Shown here piece after piece: positions 18,567 to 28,858 of a DNA stretch of 37,421 nt (the stretch's first letter is position 1; each line of letters begins with the position of its first letter). The stretch is taken from NCBI GenBank assembly GCA_964561775.1, contig CAZLSD010000007.1, forward strand, positions 1 to 37,421, written 5' to 3'. A program made the translations under genes and the position numbers. The notes beneath the pieces are model-generated. The model was not told the DNA's origin. It was given only the letters and a program-made list of their open reading frames with translations, and did not search any database. This DNA is from an uncultured Desulfarculus sp. (lineage in GTDB: Bacteria > Desulfobacterota > Desulfarculia > Desulfarculales > Desulfarculaceae).

Positions 18567-20669
18567 TTAGGCCAAGCCCAGCTTGACCAGAATTAAGTCT
18601 ATCACCTTGATGGCGGGAAAGGGCGCCAGCAGCCCCCCCAAGCCGTAGATGAGCAGGTGGCGGCGCAGAACCTGGGCCGCCCCCTGGGGACGATAGGGCA
18701 CGCCCTTCAAGGCCAGGGGTATGAGGGCCACGATGATCAGGGCGTTGAAGATGACCGCCGAGAGCACGGCGCTGCGCGGAGAGGCCAAGCCCATCAGGTT
18801 CAAGGCCCCCAGGGCGGGATAGACCCCCACGAAGGCGGCCGGGATGATGGCGAAGTACTTGGCCACGTCGTTCATGATGGAGAAGGTGGTCAGCGCTCCC
18901 CTGGTCATGAGCAGCTGCTTGCCCGTCTCCACGATATCCAGCAGCTTGGTGGGGTTGGAGTCCAGGTCCACCATGTTGCCGGCTTCCTTGGCCGCGCTGG
19001 TGCCGCTGTTCATGGCCACCGCCACGTCGGCCTGGGCCAGGGCCGGGGCGTCGTTGGTGCCGTCTCCGGTCATGGCCACCAGCCGGCCTTGGGCCTGCAT
19101 CTCGCGGATCAGCTGGAGCTTGGCCTCCGGGGTGGCCTCGGCCAGGAAATCGTCCACCCCGGCCTCGGCGGCGATGGCCGCGGCGGTGAGGTGGTTGTCG
19201 CCGGTGACCATGATGGTCTTGATGCCCATGCGCCTCAGCTCCAGGAAGCGGTCCTTGATGCCGCCCTTGACGATGTCCTTGAGCCAGATGGCCCCCAGCA
19301 CCCGGCCGTTCTCGGCCACCACCAGGGGCGTGCCGCCCTCCTTGGCGATGTGGTTGATCAAGGCGTTCATCACCTCGGGGAAGCGCTCTCCTTGCTGGGA
19401 CACCAGGGAGCGGATGGCGTCCACCGCGCCCTTGCGGATGGAGCGGCCGGGCATGTCCACGCCGCTTAGGCGGGTGTAGGCGCTGAAGGGGATGAAGGTC
19501 GCCGCCTGATCCAATTCGGTGGCGCGCAGGTCGTACATCTGCTTGGCCAGGACCACCACGCTGCGCCCCTCTGGGGTCTCGTCGGCCAGGGAGGCCAGTT
19601 GGGCCGCCTCGGCCAAATGGCGGGGGTCGACCTCGGGCAGGCACACGAAGGCCGAGGCCTGGCGGTTGCCCAGGGTGATGGTGCCGGTCTTGTCCAGGAG
19701 CAACGCGTCCACGTCGCCGGCCGCCTCCACCGCCCGCCCGCTCATGGCGATGACGTTCTTCTGGATCAGGCGGTCCATGCCGGCTATGCCGATGGCCGAG
19801 AGCAGCCCGCCGATGGTGGTGGGGGCCAGACAGACAAAAAGCGCCGCCAGCACGGCCAGCCCCACCGGACGCCCCTGGCCGGCCTGCTCCACGGCTGCCG
19901 CGCTGAAGGGCAACAGCGTGGCGCAGACCAGGAGAAAGATCAGGGTCATGGCCGCCAGGAGTATGGAGAGGGCTATCTCGTTGGGGGTCTTGCCCCGCTT
20001 GGCCCCCTCCACCAGGGCGATCATGCGGTCCAGGAAAGTCTCGCCAGCCTTGGCGCTGATGCGCACCACCAGCCAGTCGCTCAAGACCCGGGTGCCGCCG
20101 GTGACGGCCGAGCGGTCGCCGCCAGCCTCGCGGATGACCGGAGCGCTCTCGCCGGTTATGGCGCTCTCGTCCACCGAGGCCGCGCCTTGCACCGCCTCGC
20201 CGTCGCCGGGGATCATGTCGCCGGCCTGCACCAGGACGAAGTCGCCTGGCGCCAGGTCCACCGAAGGTTTTTCGCGCACCACCGACTGGGGCCGCCACAC
20301 TCCGTCGAAGGTGGGCAACTCCTTGGCCATGGTGGTCTGCCGGCTGCGGCGCAATCCGGCGGCTTGGGCCTTGCCCCTTCCCTCGGCCACCGCCTCGGCC
20401 AGGTTGGCGAAAAGCACGGTGAACCACAGGCCCAAGGACACCGCCGCGATGAAGTCCGGCGTCTCCCCCACCGGGGCCACCAGCGAGTTAACGAAAAGAC
20501 CGCTGGTGAGCAGCGCCCCCACGTACACCGCGAACATGACCGGGTTGCGCGCCTGGGCCCTGGGAGAGAGCTTGCGCAGGGACTCCCGGAACACTTCCAG
20601 AAGCATGCCCGAATCCAGCTTGAAACCGCCGCGTCTATTTTGAGACATCGCTGCTTCCCCTTTGCTCAT
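18567..20669 (-). CDS. kdpB: K+-transporting ATPase subunit B (P-type ATPase)
   Basis: RNPVMF, TGES, DKTGT phosphorylation site, [13 protein letters not shown]; alternative start at 20648. Confidence 0.97.
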   Translation of the reverse strand: MSKGEAAMSQNRRGGFKLDSGMLLEVFRESLRKLSPRAQARNPVMFAVYVGALLTSGLFVNSLVAPVGETPDFIAAVSLGLWFTVLFANLAEAVAEGRGKAQAAGLRRSRQTTMAKELPTFDGVWRPQSVVREKPSVDLAPGDFVLVQAGDMIPGDGEAVQGAASVDESAITGESAPVIREAGGDRSAVTGGTRVLSDWLVVRISAKAGETFLDRMIALVEGAKRGKTPNEIALSILLAAMTLIFLLVCATLLPFSAAAVEQAGQGRPVGLAVLAALFVCLAPTTIGGLLSAIGIAGMDRLIQKNVIAMSGRAVEAAGDVDALLLDKTGTITLGNRQASAFVCLPEVDPRHLAEAAQLASLADETPEGRSVVVLAKQMYDLRATELDQAATFIPFSAYTRLSGVDMPGRSIRKGAVDAIRSLVSQQGERFPEVMNALINHIAKEGGTPLVVAENGRVLGAIWLKDIVKGGIKDRFLELRRMGIKTIMVTGDNHLTAAAIAAEAGVDDFLAEATPEAKLQLIREMQAQGRLVAMTGDGTNDAPALAQADVAVAMNSGTSAAKEAGNMVDLDSNPTKLLDIVETGKQLLMTRGALTTFSIMNDVAKYFAIIPAAFVGVYPALGALNLMGLASPRSAVLSAVIFNALIIVALIPLALKGVPYRPQGAAQVLRRHLLIYGLGGLLAPFPAIKVIDLILVKLGLA

Positions 20670-22399
20670 CGCGCAGGCATCATCAGATGCTCCGCCACCG
20701 GCCCCAGGGCCAGGGCGGGCAGAAAGGCCAAGGCCCCCACCACCAGCACCACCGCCACCAGCAAGGCGCAGAAAAGAGGCGTGTGGGTGGCCAGGGTGCC
20801 GGAACCGGGCGGGGCCGTTTTTTGCCCGGCCAGCGAACCGGCCAGGGCCAGGACCGGGATGGCCACCCAGAACCTGGCCGCCAACATCACCACTCCGCCC
20901 AGCACGGTGTAGAGCGCTCCCGTGGCGTCAATCCCCGCGAAGGCGCTGCCGTTGTTGTTGCCCATGGAGGAAAAGGCGTAGAGGATCTGGCTGAAGCCGT
21001 GGGGGCCGGGGTTGGAGGCGGCGGCCGCCGCCGGGCCGGTCACGGCCAAGGCGGTGGGGATGAGCGTGGCGAACAGGGGGATCATGAGCGCCAGGGCCGC
21101 CATCTTGATCTCGAAGGCCCCGATCTTCTTGCCCAGGTATTCCGGGGTGCGCCCCACCATCAGCCCGGCGATGAAGACCGCCACGACCACGAAGCAGAGC
21201 ATGCCGTACAGCCCCGAGCCCACGCCGCCGAAAACCACCTCGCCCAGCTGCATCATGAGCATGGGAACCAGACCGCCCAGGGGAGTGAAGGAATCGTGCA
21301 TGGCGTTGACCGAGCCGTTGGAGGCGGCGGTGGTGGCCACCGACCACAGCACCGAACCCGCCACGCCAAAGCGGGTTTCCTTGCCTTCCAGGCTGCCGCC
21401 AGCCTGGTCCAGGCCAAGGCCGGCCAGCATGGGGTTGCCCTGTTGCTCGGCCCAAAGGCCCAGGCCCAGGGCCGCCATGAAGAGGGCCAACATGGCCAGG
21501 AAGAGCATCCAGCCCTGCCGGCGGTCCAACACCATCACCCCGAAGGTGTGGCAGAGGGCGGCGGGTATGAGCAGGATGGCCAGGCACTGGAGAAAATTGC
21601 TGAGCGGGGTGGGGTTCTCCAGGGGATGGGCCGAGTTGGCGTTGAAGAATCCTCCTCCGTTGGTGCCCAGCTGCTTGATGGCCACCTGGCTGGCCGCCGG
21701 TCCCAGGGCGATTTCCTGGCCCCGCGCGCCGGAGGCGTCGGCCGGATCCTGGGCAAGCATCTCTTGCAGGGGCTTGGCCTCCACCTGGGCGGAGAAGGTC
21801 TGCGCCACCCCCTGGGAGGCCAGGAGCAGGGCCAGGGCCAGGGCCAGGGGCAACAGCACATAGAGCGTGGAGCGCACCATGTCCACCCAGAAGTTGCCCA
21901 GCAGCGCGCTTTGCCGCCGCGTCAAGCCCCGGACCAGAGCGGCCATGCAGGCCATGCCCGAGGCGGCGGAAAGGAAGTTCTGCACGGTGAGCCCCAGCAT
22001 CTGGCAAAGGGGGCTCAGGCTGACCTCGCCCGAGTAGGCCTGCCAGTTGGTGTTGCTGGCAAAGCTGACCGCGGCGTTGAAGGCCAGACCCGGCTCCAGG
22101 CCGGGCAAGCCCAGGGGGTTCAAGGGCAGATGCCCCTGCGAGCGCAGAATGGCGTAAAGGAGCGCCGCGCCCAGCATGTTGAAACAAAGCAGGGCCAGGG
22201 CGTAGGCGCGCCAGTCCATCTCTTTCTGGCGGTCGATGCCGGCCGCCCGGTAGACCAGCCGCTCCAGCGGCCCCAGCAGCTTCTCCAGTCCCATGGCCTT
22301 GCCCTGATACACGCTGGCCAGATACCTCCCCAGCGGGGGAGCCAGGACCAGCAAGACGGCCAGGTAAAGGCCCATCTCCAGCCAATTCGTGGCGTTCAT
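20666..22399 (-). CDS. kdpA: K+-transporting ATPase subunit A
   Basis: Start MNATNW at 22399 (ATGA overlap with kdpF); [32 protein letters not shown] filter motifs. Confidence 0.97.
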   Translation of the reverse strand: MNATNWLEMGLYLAVLLVLAPPLGRYLASVYQGKAMGLEKLLGPLERLVYRAAGIDRQKEMDWRAYALALLCFNMLGAALLYAILRSQGHLPLNPLGLPGLEPGLAFNAAVSFASNTNWQAYSGEVSLSPLCQMLGLTVQNFLSAASGMACMAALVRGLTRRQSALLGNFWVDMVRSTLYVLLPLALALALLLASQGVAQTFSAQVEAKPLQEMLAQDPADASGARGQEIALGPAASQVAIKQLGTNGGGFFNANSAHPLENPTPLSNFLQCLAILLIPAALCHTFGVMVLDRRQGWMLFLAMLALFMAALGLGLWAEQQGNPMLAGLGLDQAGGSLEGKETRFGVAGSVLWSVATTAASNGSVNAMHDSFTPLGGLVPMLMMQLGEVVFGGVGSGLYGMLCFVVVAVFIAGLMVGRTPEYLGKKIGAFEIKMAALALMIPLFATLIPTALAVTGPAAAAASNPGPHGFSQILYAFSSMGNNNGSAFAGIDATGALYTVLGGVVMLAARFWVAIPVLALAGSLAGQKTAPPGSGTLATHTPLFCALLVAVVLVVGALAFLPALALGPVAEHLMMPAR

Positions 22400-22488
22400 T
22401 GGAACAGCTCCGGTTTCAGCAAGGCCAGGGTCAGGTAGACCCCCAGGCCCAGGGCGGCCAGGCCAAAGACCCAATACCAGGCCTCCAT
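22396..22488 (-). CDS. kdpF: K+-transporting ATPase subunit F
   Basis: 30 aa [30 protein letters not shown] with the KdpF YL..ALL.PE.F signature; RBS GGAGGGG. Confidence 0.92.
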   Translation of the reverse strand: MEAWYWVFGLAALGLGVYLTLALLKPELFQ

Positions 22489-22589
22489 CAGCGCCCCTCC
22501 CTTCTTTTCAGGCGGCCTAGGGCCTCCACCAGGCCCACGCTGGCCAGGGTGAAGGCCAGCAGCAGCGCCACCATCAACAAATCTTCCAT
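22488..22589 (-). CDS. Small single-TM peptide upstream of kdpF
   Basis: 33 aa MEDLLMVALLLAFTLASVGLVEALGRLKRREGR; RBS GGAGG; stop overlaps the kdpF start (TGATG). Confidence 0.75.
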   Translation of the reverse strand: MEDLLMVALLLAFTLASVGLVEALGRLKRREGR

Positions 22590-22684
22590 GGATGTCCTCC
22601 TGCCAGCGCCTTGTCGCGCGCCAGTTTGTTGAACCCAAGGTACGGGAGGGGGTGTCAGGAGGTCGTTGGGATTGGCCGCCGGAG

Positions 22685-22701
22685 CGTAAAGAAGTTGTAA
22701 A
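22685..22701 (-). promoter_or_regulatory. KdpE binding site
   Basis: Minus strand TTTACA-ACTTC-TTTACG, the same layout as the E. coli kdpFABC box (TTTATA-N5-TTTACA); candidate -10 TACCTT at 22642-22637. Confidence 0.78.
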
Positions 22702-22939
22702 TTTGCCCGGCTGATCCGCGCGTGCGGAACATTGCCTGGCCTGGCCAGCGGGAGGTTTTAGCACAGGAGGGGGAAGGGGCCGGAGGCATCCAGGACCAGG
22801 GGCCGAAGGGTTGGCAGAGGCGCTGGGCGCGGGGGCGGGCCCTGACGCAACGGCGCGGGCAGGAGCACCGCGCCCAGGTAGATCACTCCCAGCAGGGCCT
22901 CGGCGCTCCGGCCCGCGCCGGCTTGATCCGATGTTATCG

Positions 22940-24034
22940 CTAGGCCGGTTTGCCGGCCCTGCCCCAGGCGTCGGCGGCCTTGATCATGTCCAGCACCAGC
23001 GCGGGCGAGGTCTCGCAGGGCTCGTTGTGCATGCTCTCCCCCGCCGCGCAGGCCTTCTCGGCCACCTTGAGCAGGTCCTGATCGCTGGCCGTGGCCAGAC
23101 CCAGCTCGGCCAGGGTGGTGGGCAGCCCCACCGCCCGGCAGAAGCCATAAACCTGTTCCATGAGCGCGGGCTGCTTGTCGGTCAGGAACAGGGAAACCAG
23201 CACGCCGAAGGCCACCTTTTCGCCATGATAATATTCATGGGTCTGGGGCAGGGCGGTCAATCCGTTGTGAAGGGAATGGGCCGCGGCAAGACCCGCGCTC
23301 TCGAAGCCCAGGCCGCTCAGCAGGGTGTTGGCTTCCACCACCCGCTCCAGGGCTGGGGTGACGGACCGGACGGCGCAGGAGGCCAAAGCCGCCGGACCAT
23401 ATTCCCGTAAGGTGTCCCAGCAGAGCCTGGCCAGGGCGTAGGCGGTCATGGAGCCAAGCGCGCCGGCGATGTTGGGGGCCCGCTTTTCACGGCAGGACTC
23501 GGCCTCGAACCAAGTGGCCAGGGCATCGCCCATGCCGGCGGCCAGGAAGCGGGCCGGAGCCTGGGCCACCACCTGGGTGTCCACGATGACCGCGTCCGGG
23601 TTGCGCGGAAGAATATCGGCCCGCTGGAACACGCCTTGCGGGGTGTAGACCACGCAGACGGAGCTGCACGGCGCGTCGGTGGAGGCTATGGTGGGGGCCA
23701 TGATGGCGGGAACCTGGGCCAGGTGGGCCACGGCCTTGGCCGCGTCCAGGGTCTTGCCTCCGCCCAGGCCCGCCACCAGGTCGCAGCCCGCCTGACGGCA
23801 CAGCTCAAAAAGCCGCTGTATCTCGTCGTCGCAGCATTGCCGGCCAAAGGGCTCGACCAGCACCTGGCAGCGCTCCTTGAAAGCGGGCAAGAGGGAGGGC
23901 AGCAGGGTCTTCCGGGGGTGGGGCGAGGCGATCAGAAAGACCTTGCGTCCCAGCCTGGCGCATTCGCCGCCCAGCCTGGACAGAGCGCCCCGGCCCTGCA
24001 CATACCGCCCCGGAAACAACGTCACGCTTGTCAT
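22940..24034 (-). CDS. gldA: Glycerol dehydrogenase
   Basis: Start MTSVTLFPGRYVQG (RBS AAGGA); GGGKTLD, PTIASTDAPCS, SGLGFESAGLAAAHSLHNGLT, HGEKVAFG. Confidence 0.92.
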   Translation of the reverse strand: MTSVTLFPGRYVQGRGALSRLGGECARLGRKVFLIASPHPRKTLLPSLLPAFKERCQVLVEPFGRQCCDDEIQRLFELCRQAGCDLVAGLGGGKTLDAAKAVAHLAQVPAIMAPTIASTDAPCSSVCVVYTPQGVFQRADILPRNPDAVIVDTQVVAQAPARFLAAGMGDALATWFEAESCREKRAPNIAGALGSMTAYALARLCWDTLREYGPAALASCAVRSVTPALERVVEANTLLSGLGFESAGLAAAHSLHNGLTALPQTHEYYHGEKVAFGVLVSLFLTDKQPALMEQVYGFCRAVGLPTTLAELGLATASDQDLLKVAEKACAAGESMHNEPCETSPALVLDMIKAADAWGRAGKPA

Positions 24035-24229
24035 GGCAAGTTCCTTGATTTGGACAGGTTCAATGGGCCTGCGCGGGTTGCCCCCAACAGGTCCGGCCAT
24101 CTTTAAGGCAGCTGGCGGCCGGCCGTGCCGGAGCGCCGCCAGTTGCCGCGTTTCATATAACGGCCGCCGGGCAGCGCTGTCCAGTATTTATCCAGGCCGC
24201 CCGCCCCGCCGCTGAATCAGCACGGCGGG

Positions 24230-27200
24230 CTAATTCTTATCGAGCACGCCCCTGATGGTGGCCAGCAGCTCCCCTTGCTTGAAGGGCTTGGCCACGTAGC
24301 CCAGCGCGCCCATCTCCAGCGAGGCCTTGACCTGGCCGGCGGGGGAATAGCCGCTGGCGATGACGATCCTGGCCTGGGGATCGAACTCCAGGATGGCCTT
24401 GATGGCCTTGTGGCCGCCCATGCCCGGCATGCCCATGTCCATGACCACCATGGCAAAGCCGGCGGGGTCGGTCTGATATTTGCGCAGAGCCTCCTCTCCG
24501 CTGGCGGCGGTTTCCACCACATAACCAGCCCTGCCCAGGGTGCGCGAGCCCAGTACGCGCAAGGGCTCCTCGTCGTCCACCAACAAAATTCGTTCATCGC
24601 CTTGCAGGGACTGCTCTCTTTGCTCCTCCTCCCCGCCGGCGGGCCCGGCGCTCTGGCGCTGCGCGGGCAGGTAGACTTTAAAGACCGCGCCCGCGCCCAG
24701 CTCGCTATGGCAATAGACATAGCCGCCATGGGCCTTCACGATGCCGTAGACGGTGGACAAGCCCAGGCCGGTGCCCTTGCCCATGTCCTTGGTGGTGAAG
24801 AAGGGGTCGAAGATCCTCTCCACCACCTTGGGCGGCATGCCCTGCCCGGTGTCGGAGACCTGGACCAGGACATAGGGGCCGGGGGCCGCCTCCCGGTGCT
24901 GGCGGCAGAACTCCTCGTCCAGGGAGACGTTGCGGGTCTCTATCATCAGCCTGCCGCCTTCGGGCATGGCGTCCTGGGCGTTGGCGGCCAGGTTGAGGAC
25001 CACCTGCTCCATCTGGGTGGGGTCGGCCAGAACCATATCCAGGCTGGAGCCCAGGCGGGTCTGGATGCTTATCATCTTGGGCAGGGTGGGCTCCAGCATC
25101 TGGAGGGTTTGCAGCACCGTGTTGTTGAGGCTAAGCGGCTTCTGCTGGAAACTTACCTTGCGGCTGAAGGTGAGGATCTGCTTGACCAGGTTCCTGGCCC
25201 GCTCGGCCGCGGAGATTATCTGCTCGATGTCCGCGGCTCCCCGCCCGCCCTCCTTGAAATCATCCTTGGCCAGTTCGGCGTAACCCAGGATCGCCCCCAG
25301 GATGTTGTTGAAGTCATGGGCTATGCCCCCGGCCAGGGTTCCGATGGCCTCCATTTTTTGAGCCTGTATGAGCTGGCCTTCCAGGCGGTCCCTTTCTTGC
25401 TGAGCCTTCATCCTCTCCGTGATGTCGCTGTCCGAACCCCGGTATCCCTTGAGAGAGCCGTCGGGATTGACGATGGGCGCGCCGTTGGTGGAGAGCCACA
25501 CCAGGTTCCCTTCCTTGGTCAGGGCGGGGTTGAGCAGGCCCTGGAAGGCGCCTCTTCGCTGGAAAACCTCCAGGGCCGAGGCCTTGAACTCCTCCCTGCC
25601 CTCCAGGGGGTGCAGTTCGTAGAAGTGGACCTTGCCCACCAATTCCTCGGGCTTGTAACCCAGCACCGTTTCGCTCACACCGCTTAAGTAGGTGTAGAGC
25701 CCCTGGGCGTCCACCTCCCAAACCATCTCGCGGCTCAGCCTGGCGATCTGCCGGAAGCGCTCCTCGCTCTCGCGCAGGGCGTCCTCGGCCAGCTTGCGCT
25801 CCGTTATGTCGGTTAGGTGGGAGATGAAATAGCTGGGCCGTCCCTGGGCGTCCCTGACCAGGGCCAAGGAAACCTGGCCCCACACCACATGGCCGTCCCG
25901 GTGGAGGTATCTTTTTTGGATGACCGCCGATTCGCTGGGGTCCGCCGTCAGCCGCCGCATGGCCTCCATGCCCAGCTTGCGGTCCTCGGGATGGGTCAGG
26001 TGGTTGATGCTCATCCCCACATACTCATCGGCCGCGTAACCAAAGGCGCGGCGGAAGGCGGCGTTGACCCGCAGGATGCGCCCCTGCAAGTCCACCAGGG
26101 CGATGCCGCTGTTGGTCTTCTCGAAGGCCAGGCGAAGCAGCTCCTCGCTCTGGGCCAAGGCCTCCTGATCCTCCAGGCGGCGGGTGATGTCCTGCACGGT
26201 GGCCACGCGATAGATTATTTCTCCGTCCGCCCCGCGCACGCTCACCAAGTCCATCTGGACGGGAAAGACCGTGCCGTCGGCCCGCTGCATGCGGGTTTCA
26301 TACTGTGTCTGGCCCTCAAGGTCGGCCTGGGCGATATGCTTGAGAACGCGCTGATGCTCGGCAGGGTGGTAAGCGGAAAGGATGGGGCGTCCGGTGATAT
26401 CCTCCACCTTCAGGCCGTGCATGCGGGCAAAGGCCGGGTTGCAGGCCAGAAAGGTGTTGCCGCCCGGCAGGCCGATGGCCATGCCATGGGCGCAGAACTG
26501 GAAGGCGTCCGCCCAACGGCGCAATTCGGCCTGATCCTGCTTGAGCTTTTCTATGTCGCGGGTGATGGACAACACGCAGGGCTGGCCATCCAGGGTCAGC
26601 ATCACGGCCGACATCAAGCCCGTGATGGTATGCCCATCCTTGCAGACGAACTTGATCTCCCGGTTGGAGACCCTGCCCAGCTTCAGCAGGTCGTCCACCA
26701 CGTCCTGCCGATCCTGGGGGTTATGGTACACATTGATTTCCAGGGAGGTCTTGCCGGCCAGTTCCTCCTGGGTATATCCCAATATCTCGATAAAACCCTG
26801 GTTAATTTCCAGCAAGGCCCCGTCGCTGGCCCTGGTCAGGCATATGGCGTCGGGGCTGGTGCTGAAGGCCAGGCGGAATCTTTCCTCGCTGTGGCGCAAG
26901 GCCAATTCAGCCTGCCTCTGCGCCGTGATATCCCGGGCGGCGGCGTAGATCAGCTCTCCCATGGGGAAGGAGCGCCATTCCAGCCAGCGGTAGGAACCGT
27001 CCTGGCAACGGTAACGGTTGGTGAAGTTTTGTATCTCGTTTTGTCCGGCCAGGATGGCCACCGCCTCCAGGGTGGACTCCTGGTCCTCGGGATGCACCAG
27101 GTCCATGAAGCTGGCCCCCTCCAGCTGGGCCAGGGGATAGCCCAGGGCGCGCTCCCACTGGGGGTTCAGACGCCGGAAATAGCCCTTGGTGTCGGCGATG

Positions 27201-28417
27201 CAGAGCAGGTCGAGATTGCTGGTGAAGTAGCGGTCCAGTTCCTCGTTCTTGGCCCTGAGCGCGGCCTCGGCCCGCGCCCGGGAGAAGACCTCCACCATGG
27301 TCGGGGCCAGGGCCTCCACGGCCTCCATATCCTCGGGGCCATAGCCGCCTGGCCGGTTGGCCAAGGCCAGCACGCCCACCGTCTGGCCCTGGCGCTTTAA
27401 GGGAACCGCCAGGAAGCAGCTCACGGAGGGATGGCCAGGGGGCAGGCCCCTGCTGCCGGCGTGGTTGGCGGGGTCGTTGGTGAAAAACCCCTGCCCGCTG
27501 GTCAGCCCCTGGCCAAAAAGACCAAGAAGGTGCAGGTTGGCGGAACGCGGGCAATGCCCTGGCTGGTCATTCATCCGGCAGGCCTCCCAGCCGGAATCGT
27601 TGACCGCGACGCCGGAGTAGGAGCCGTCCGCGGATATCTCGCCGTAGAACCCGAACTGGCTGCCGGTGATCTCCTGGGCCACCCGCAGGCAGGTGCGCCC
27701 CAGTTCTTCCTCCGATTGGGTGGTCAGGGCCTCGCGGTAAATGTGATTTATGCCCTCCAGCAGGGCGTTCTGCCGTTCTATCTTGGCCTGATACAGCTTG
27801 CGCGTGCTGATGTCCCTGGCCAGGGCCAGAATGAGCCGTTGCCCGCCCAATTCCAGGGGGCCTAGGCTTACCTCCACGGGCCAGACCGAGCCGTCCTTGC
27901 GCAAAATATCGGTTTCGAAACGGCAACTCTTGCCCGGCTCCAGCGACTCCCAGAACTCCTGCCGGTGGTTGTCCGCTTGCACCAGGGGGGCTATGTCATG
28001 CACGCGCATCCCCAACAGTTCCTGCCGCGTATAGCCCACGGAGTCGCAGGCGGCCTGGTTGAGGTCGATGATGCGCCCTTCCATGTCGTGCAGAAAAATG
28101 GCGTCCGCGGCCTTGTCCGTCACCAGGCGGTAACGCCTCTCGCTCTCGCGCAGGGCCAACTCGGCCGCCTTGCTCCTGCCCAGGGCCTGCCCCACCAGCC
28201 CATACAAAAGCGCGGCCGAGGCCAGCACATAGAACCAGCCCTTGAACATGGAGACCCTGGTCATGGTCTCCTGGTCCTGGAAGATGCCTGCCGCCAGCTG
28301 GTCGGAGAAGAGTATCCACAGAAACCCCAACATGGCGTAAAGAGAGGCGATCTTGAGCGGGGTGCGCTGCTGGCCGCCATGAGGCTCGTCTGCCTGGATT
28401 CTGCTCATCTGCATCAT
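24230..28417 (-). CDS. Membrane-bound hybrid histidine kinase: 2 TM, PAS, GAF, five further PAS, HisKA, HATPase, REC
   Basis: 1395 aa; repeated PAS/PAC ends (RDIT, TDITERK), GGIAHDFNNIL H-box, FDPFFTTK, GTGLGL, C-terminal receiver LLVDDE...MDMGMPGMGG...KPF. Confidence 0.93.
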   Translation of the reverse strand: MMQMSRIQADEPHGGQQRTPLKIASLYAMLGFLWILFSDQLAAGIFQDQETMTRVSMFKGWFYVLASAALLYGLVGQALGRSKAAELALRESERRYRLVTDKAADAIFLHDMEGRIIDLNQAACDSVGYTRQELLGMRVHDIAPLVQADNHRQEFWESLEPGKSCRFETDILRKDGSVWPVEVSLGPLELGGQRLILALARDISTRKLYQAKIERQNALLEGINHIYREALTTQSEEELGRTCLRVAQEITGSQFGFYGEISADGSYSGVAVNDSGWEACRMNDQPGHCPRSANLHLLGLFGQGLTSGQGFFTNDPANHAGSRGLPPGHPSVSCFLAVPLKRQGQTVGVLALANRPGGYGPEDMEAVEALAPTMVEVFSRARAEAALRAKNEELDRYFTSNLDLLCIADTKGYFRRLNPQWERALGYPLAQLEGASFMDLVHPEDQESTLEAVAILAGQNEIQNFTNRYRCQDGSYRWLEWRSFPMGELIYAAARDITAQRQAELALRHSEERFRLAFSTSPDAICLTRASDGALLEINQGFIEILGYTQEELAGKTSLEINVYHNPQDRQDVVDDLLKLGRVSNREIKFVCKDGHTITGLMSAVMLTLDGQPCVLSITRDIEKLKQDQAELRRWADAFQFCAHGMAIGLPGGNTFLACNPAFARMHGLKVEDITGRPILSAYHPAEHQRVLKHIAQADLEGQTQYETRMQRADGTVFPVQMDLVSVRGADGEIIYRVATVQDITRRLEDQEALAQSEELLRLAFEKTNSGIALVDLQGRILRVNAAFRRAFGYAADEYVGMSINHLTHPEDRKLGMEAMRRLTADPSESAVIQKRYLHRDGHVVWGQVSLALVRDAQGRPSYFISHLTDITERKLAEDALRESEERFRQIARLSREMVWEVDAQGLYTYLSGVSETVLGYKPEELVGKVHFYELHPLEGREEFKASALEVFQRRGAFQGLLNPALTKEGNLVWLSTNGAPIVNPDGSLKGYRGSDSDITERMKAQQERDRLEGQLIQAQKMEAIGTLAGGIAHDFNNILGAILGYAELAKDDFKEGGRGAADIEQIISAAERARNLVKQILTFSRKVSFQQKPLSLNNTVLQTLQMLEPTLPKMISIQTRLGSSLDMVLADPTQMEQVVLNLAANAQDAMPEGGRLMIETRNVSLDEEFCRQHREAAPGPYVLVQVSDTGQGMPPKVVERIFDPFFTTKDMGKGTGLGLSTVYGIVKAHGGYVYCHSELGAGAVFKVYLPAQRQSAGPAGGEEEQREQSLQGDERILLVDDEEPLRVLGSRTLGRAGYVVETAASGEEALRKYQTDPAGFAMVVMDMGMPGMGGHKAIKAILEFDPQARIVIASGYSPAGQVKASLEMGALGYVAKPFKQGELLATIRGVLDKN

Positions 28418-28587
28418 CCGTTCGCGTGGTTTTCAAGGTGTGGCCAGGCGCTGACCGCGCGGCTGGCTGGGCGCCCACAGGCCAAGTCACCCAATCCTCG
28501 GCTGGCCCCCATAGACTGAGGCCAGGATATGTGAACGGAAACGGCTACTAAACGTGAAAGCCGGCGAGGGCTGCCAAGGGAAGGTTT

Positions 28588-28603
28588 AGCAACTGGCGTG
28601 CCA
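28588..28603 (-). promoter_or_regulatory. sigma54 (-24/-12) promoter of the hybrid kinase
   Basis: Minus strand TGGCACGCCAGTTGCT matches TGGCACG-N4-TTGCW exactly; AT-rich tract just upstream. Confidence 0.8.
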
Positions 28604-28716
28604 TCATGTGCCATTGGTGTGAATAACTTATTGCTTTGATATTATGGAAATAATTACGATGTCCCCGGGCCGGGGCTGTTCTTTTCTTGCGGAAGGAAAG
28701 AGTTATTCCTATTTAA

Positions 28717-28745
28717 TGAGACGGAGTGTCTCACGGCGTGATACA
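28717..28745. promoter_or_regulatory. Candidate enhancer (UAS): overlapping inverted repeats
   Basis: TGAGAC-N5-GTCTCA (28717-28733) and TGTCTCAC-N3-GTGATACA (28727-28745), about 115-140 bp upstream of the sigma54 site. Confidence 0.5.
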
Positions 28746-28787
28746 AACCGGCCGGCGGGGTCCATTCTCCCCGGGGGGTGTCAAGTT

Positions 28788-28845
28788 GGCAGGGCTGGCC
28801 CTGGGGAGGGATGCTCCGTCTCCCCTCCCCAAGGCCAGCCCTGCC
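28788..28845. repeat. 23-bp GC-rich inverted repeat downstream of the MBL gene
   Basis: Arms 28788-28810 and 28823-28845, one mismatch, 12-nt loop, no U-tract. Confidence 0.75.
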
Positions 28846-28858
28846 CTGCCCCGCCTGG

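Noticed and set aside
17956-20427. 823-aa ORF suggesting a giant KdpC fusion
   Set aside because: The N-terminal part is an alternative frame over kdpB; KdpC begins at 18555 with its own RBS.
28414-28614. 66-aa ORF upstream of the hybrid kinase
   Set aside because: Its start lies upstream of and across the sigma54 promoter, with no coding evidence.
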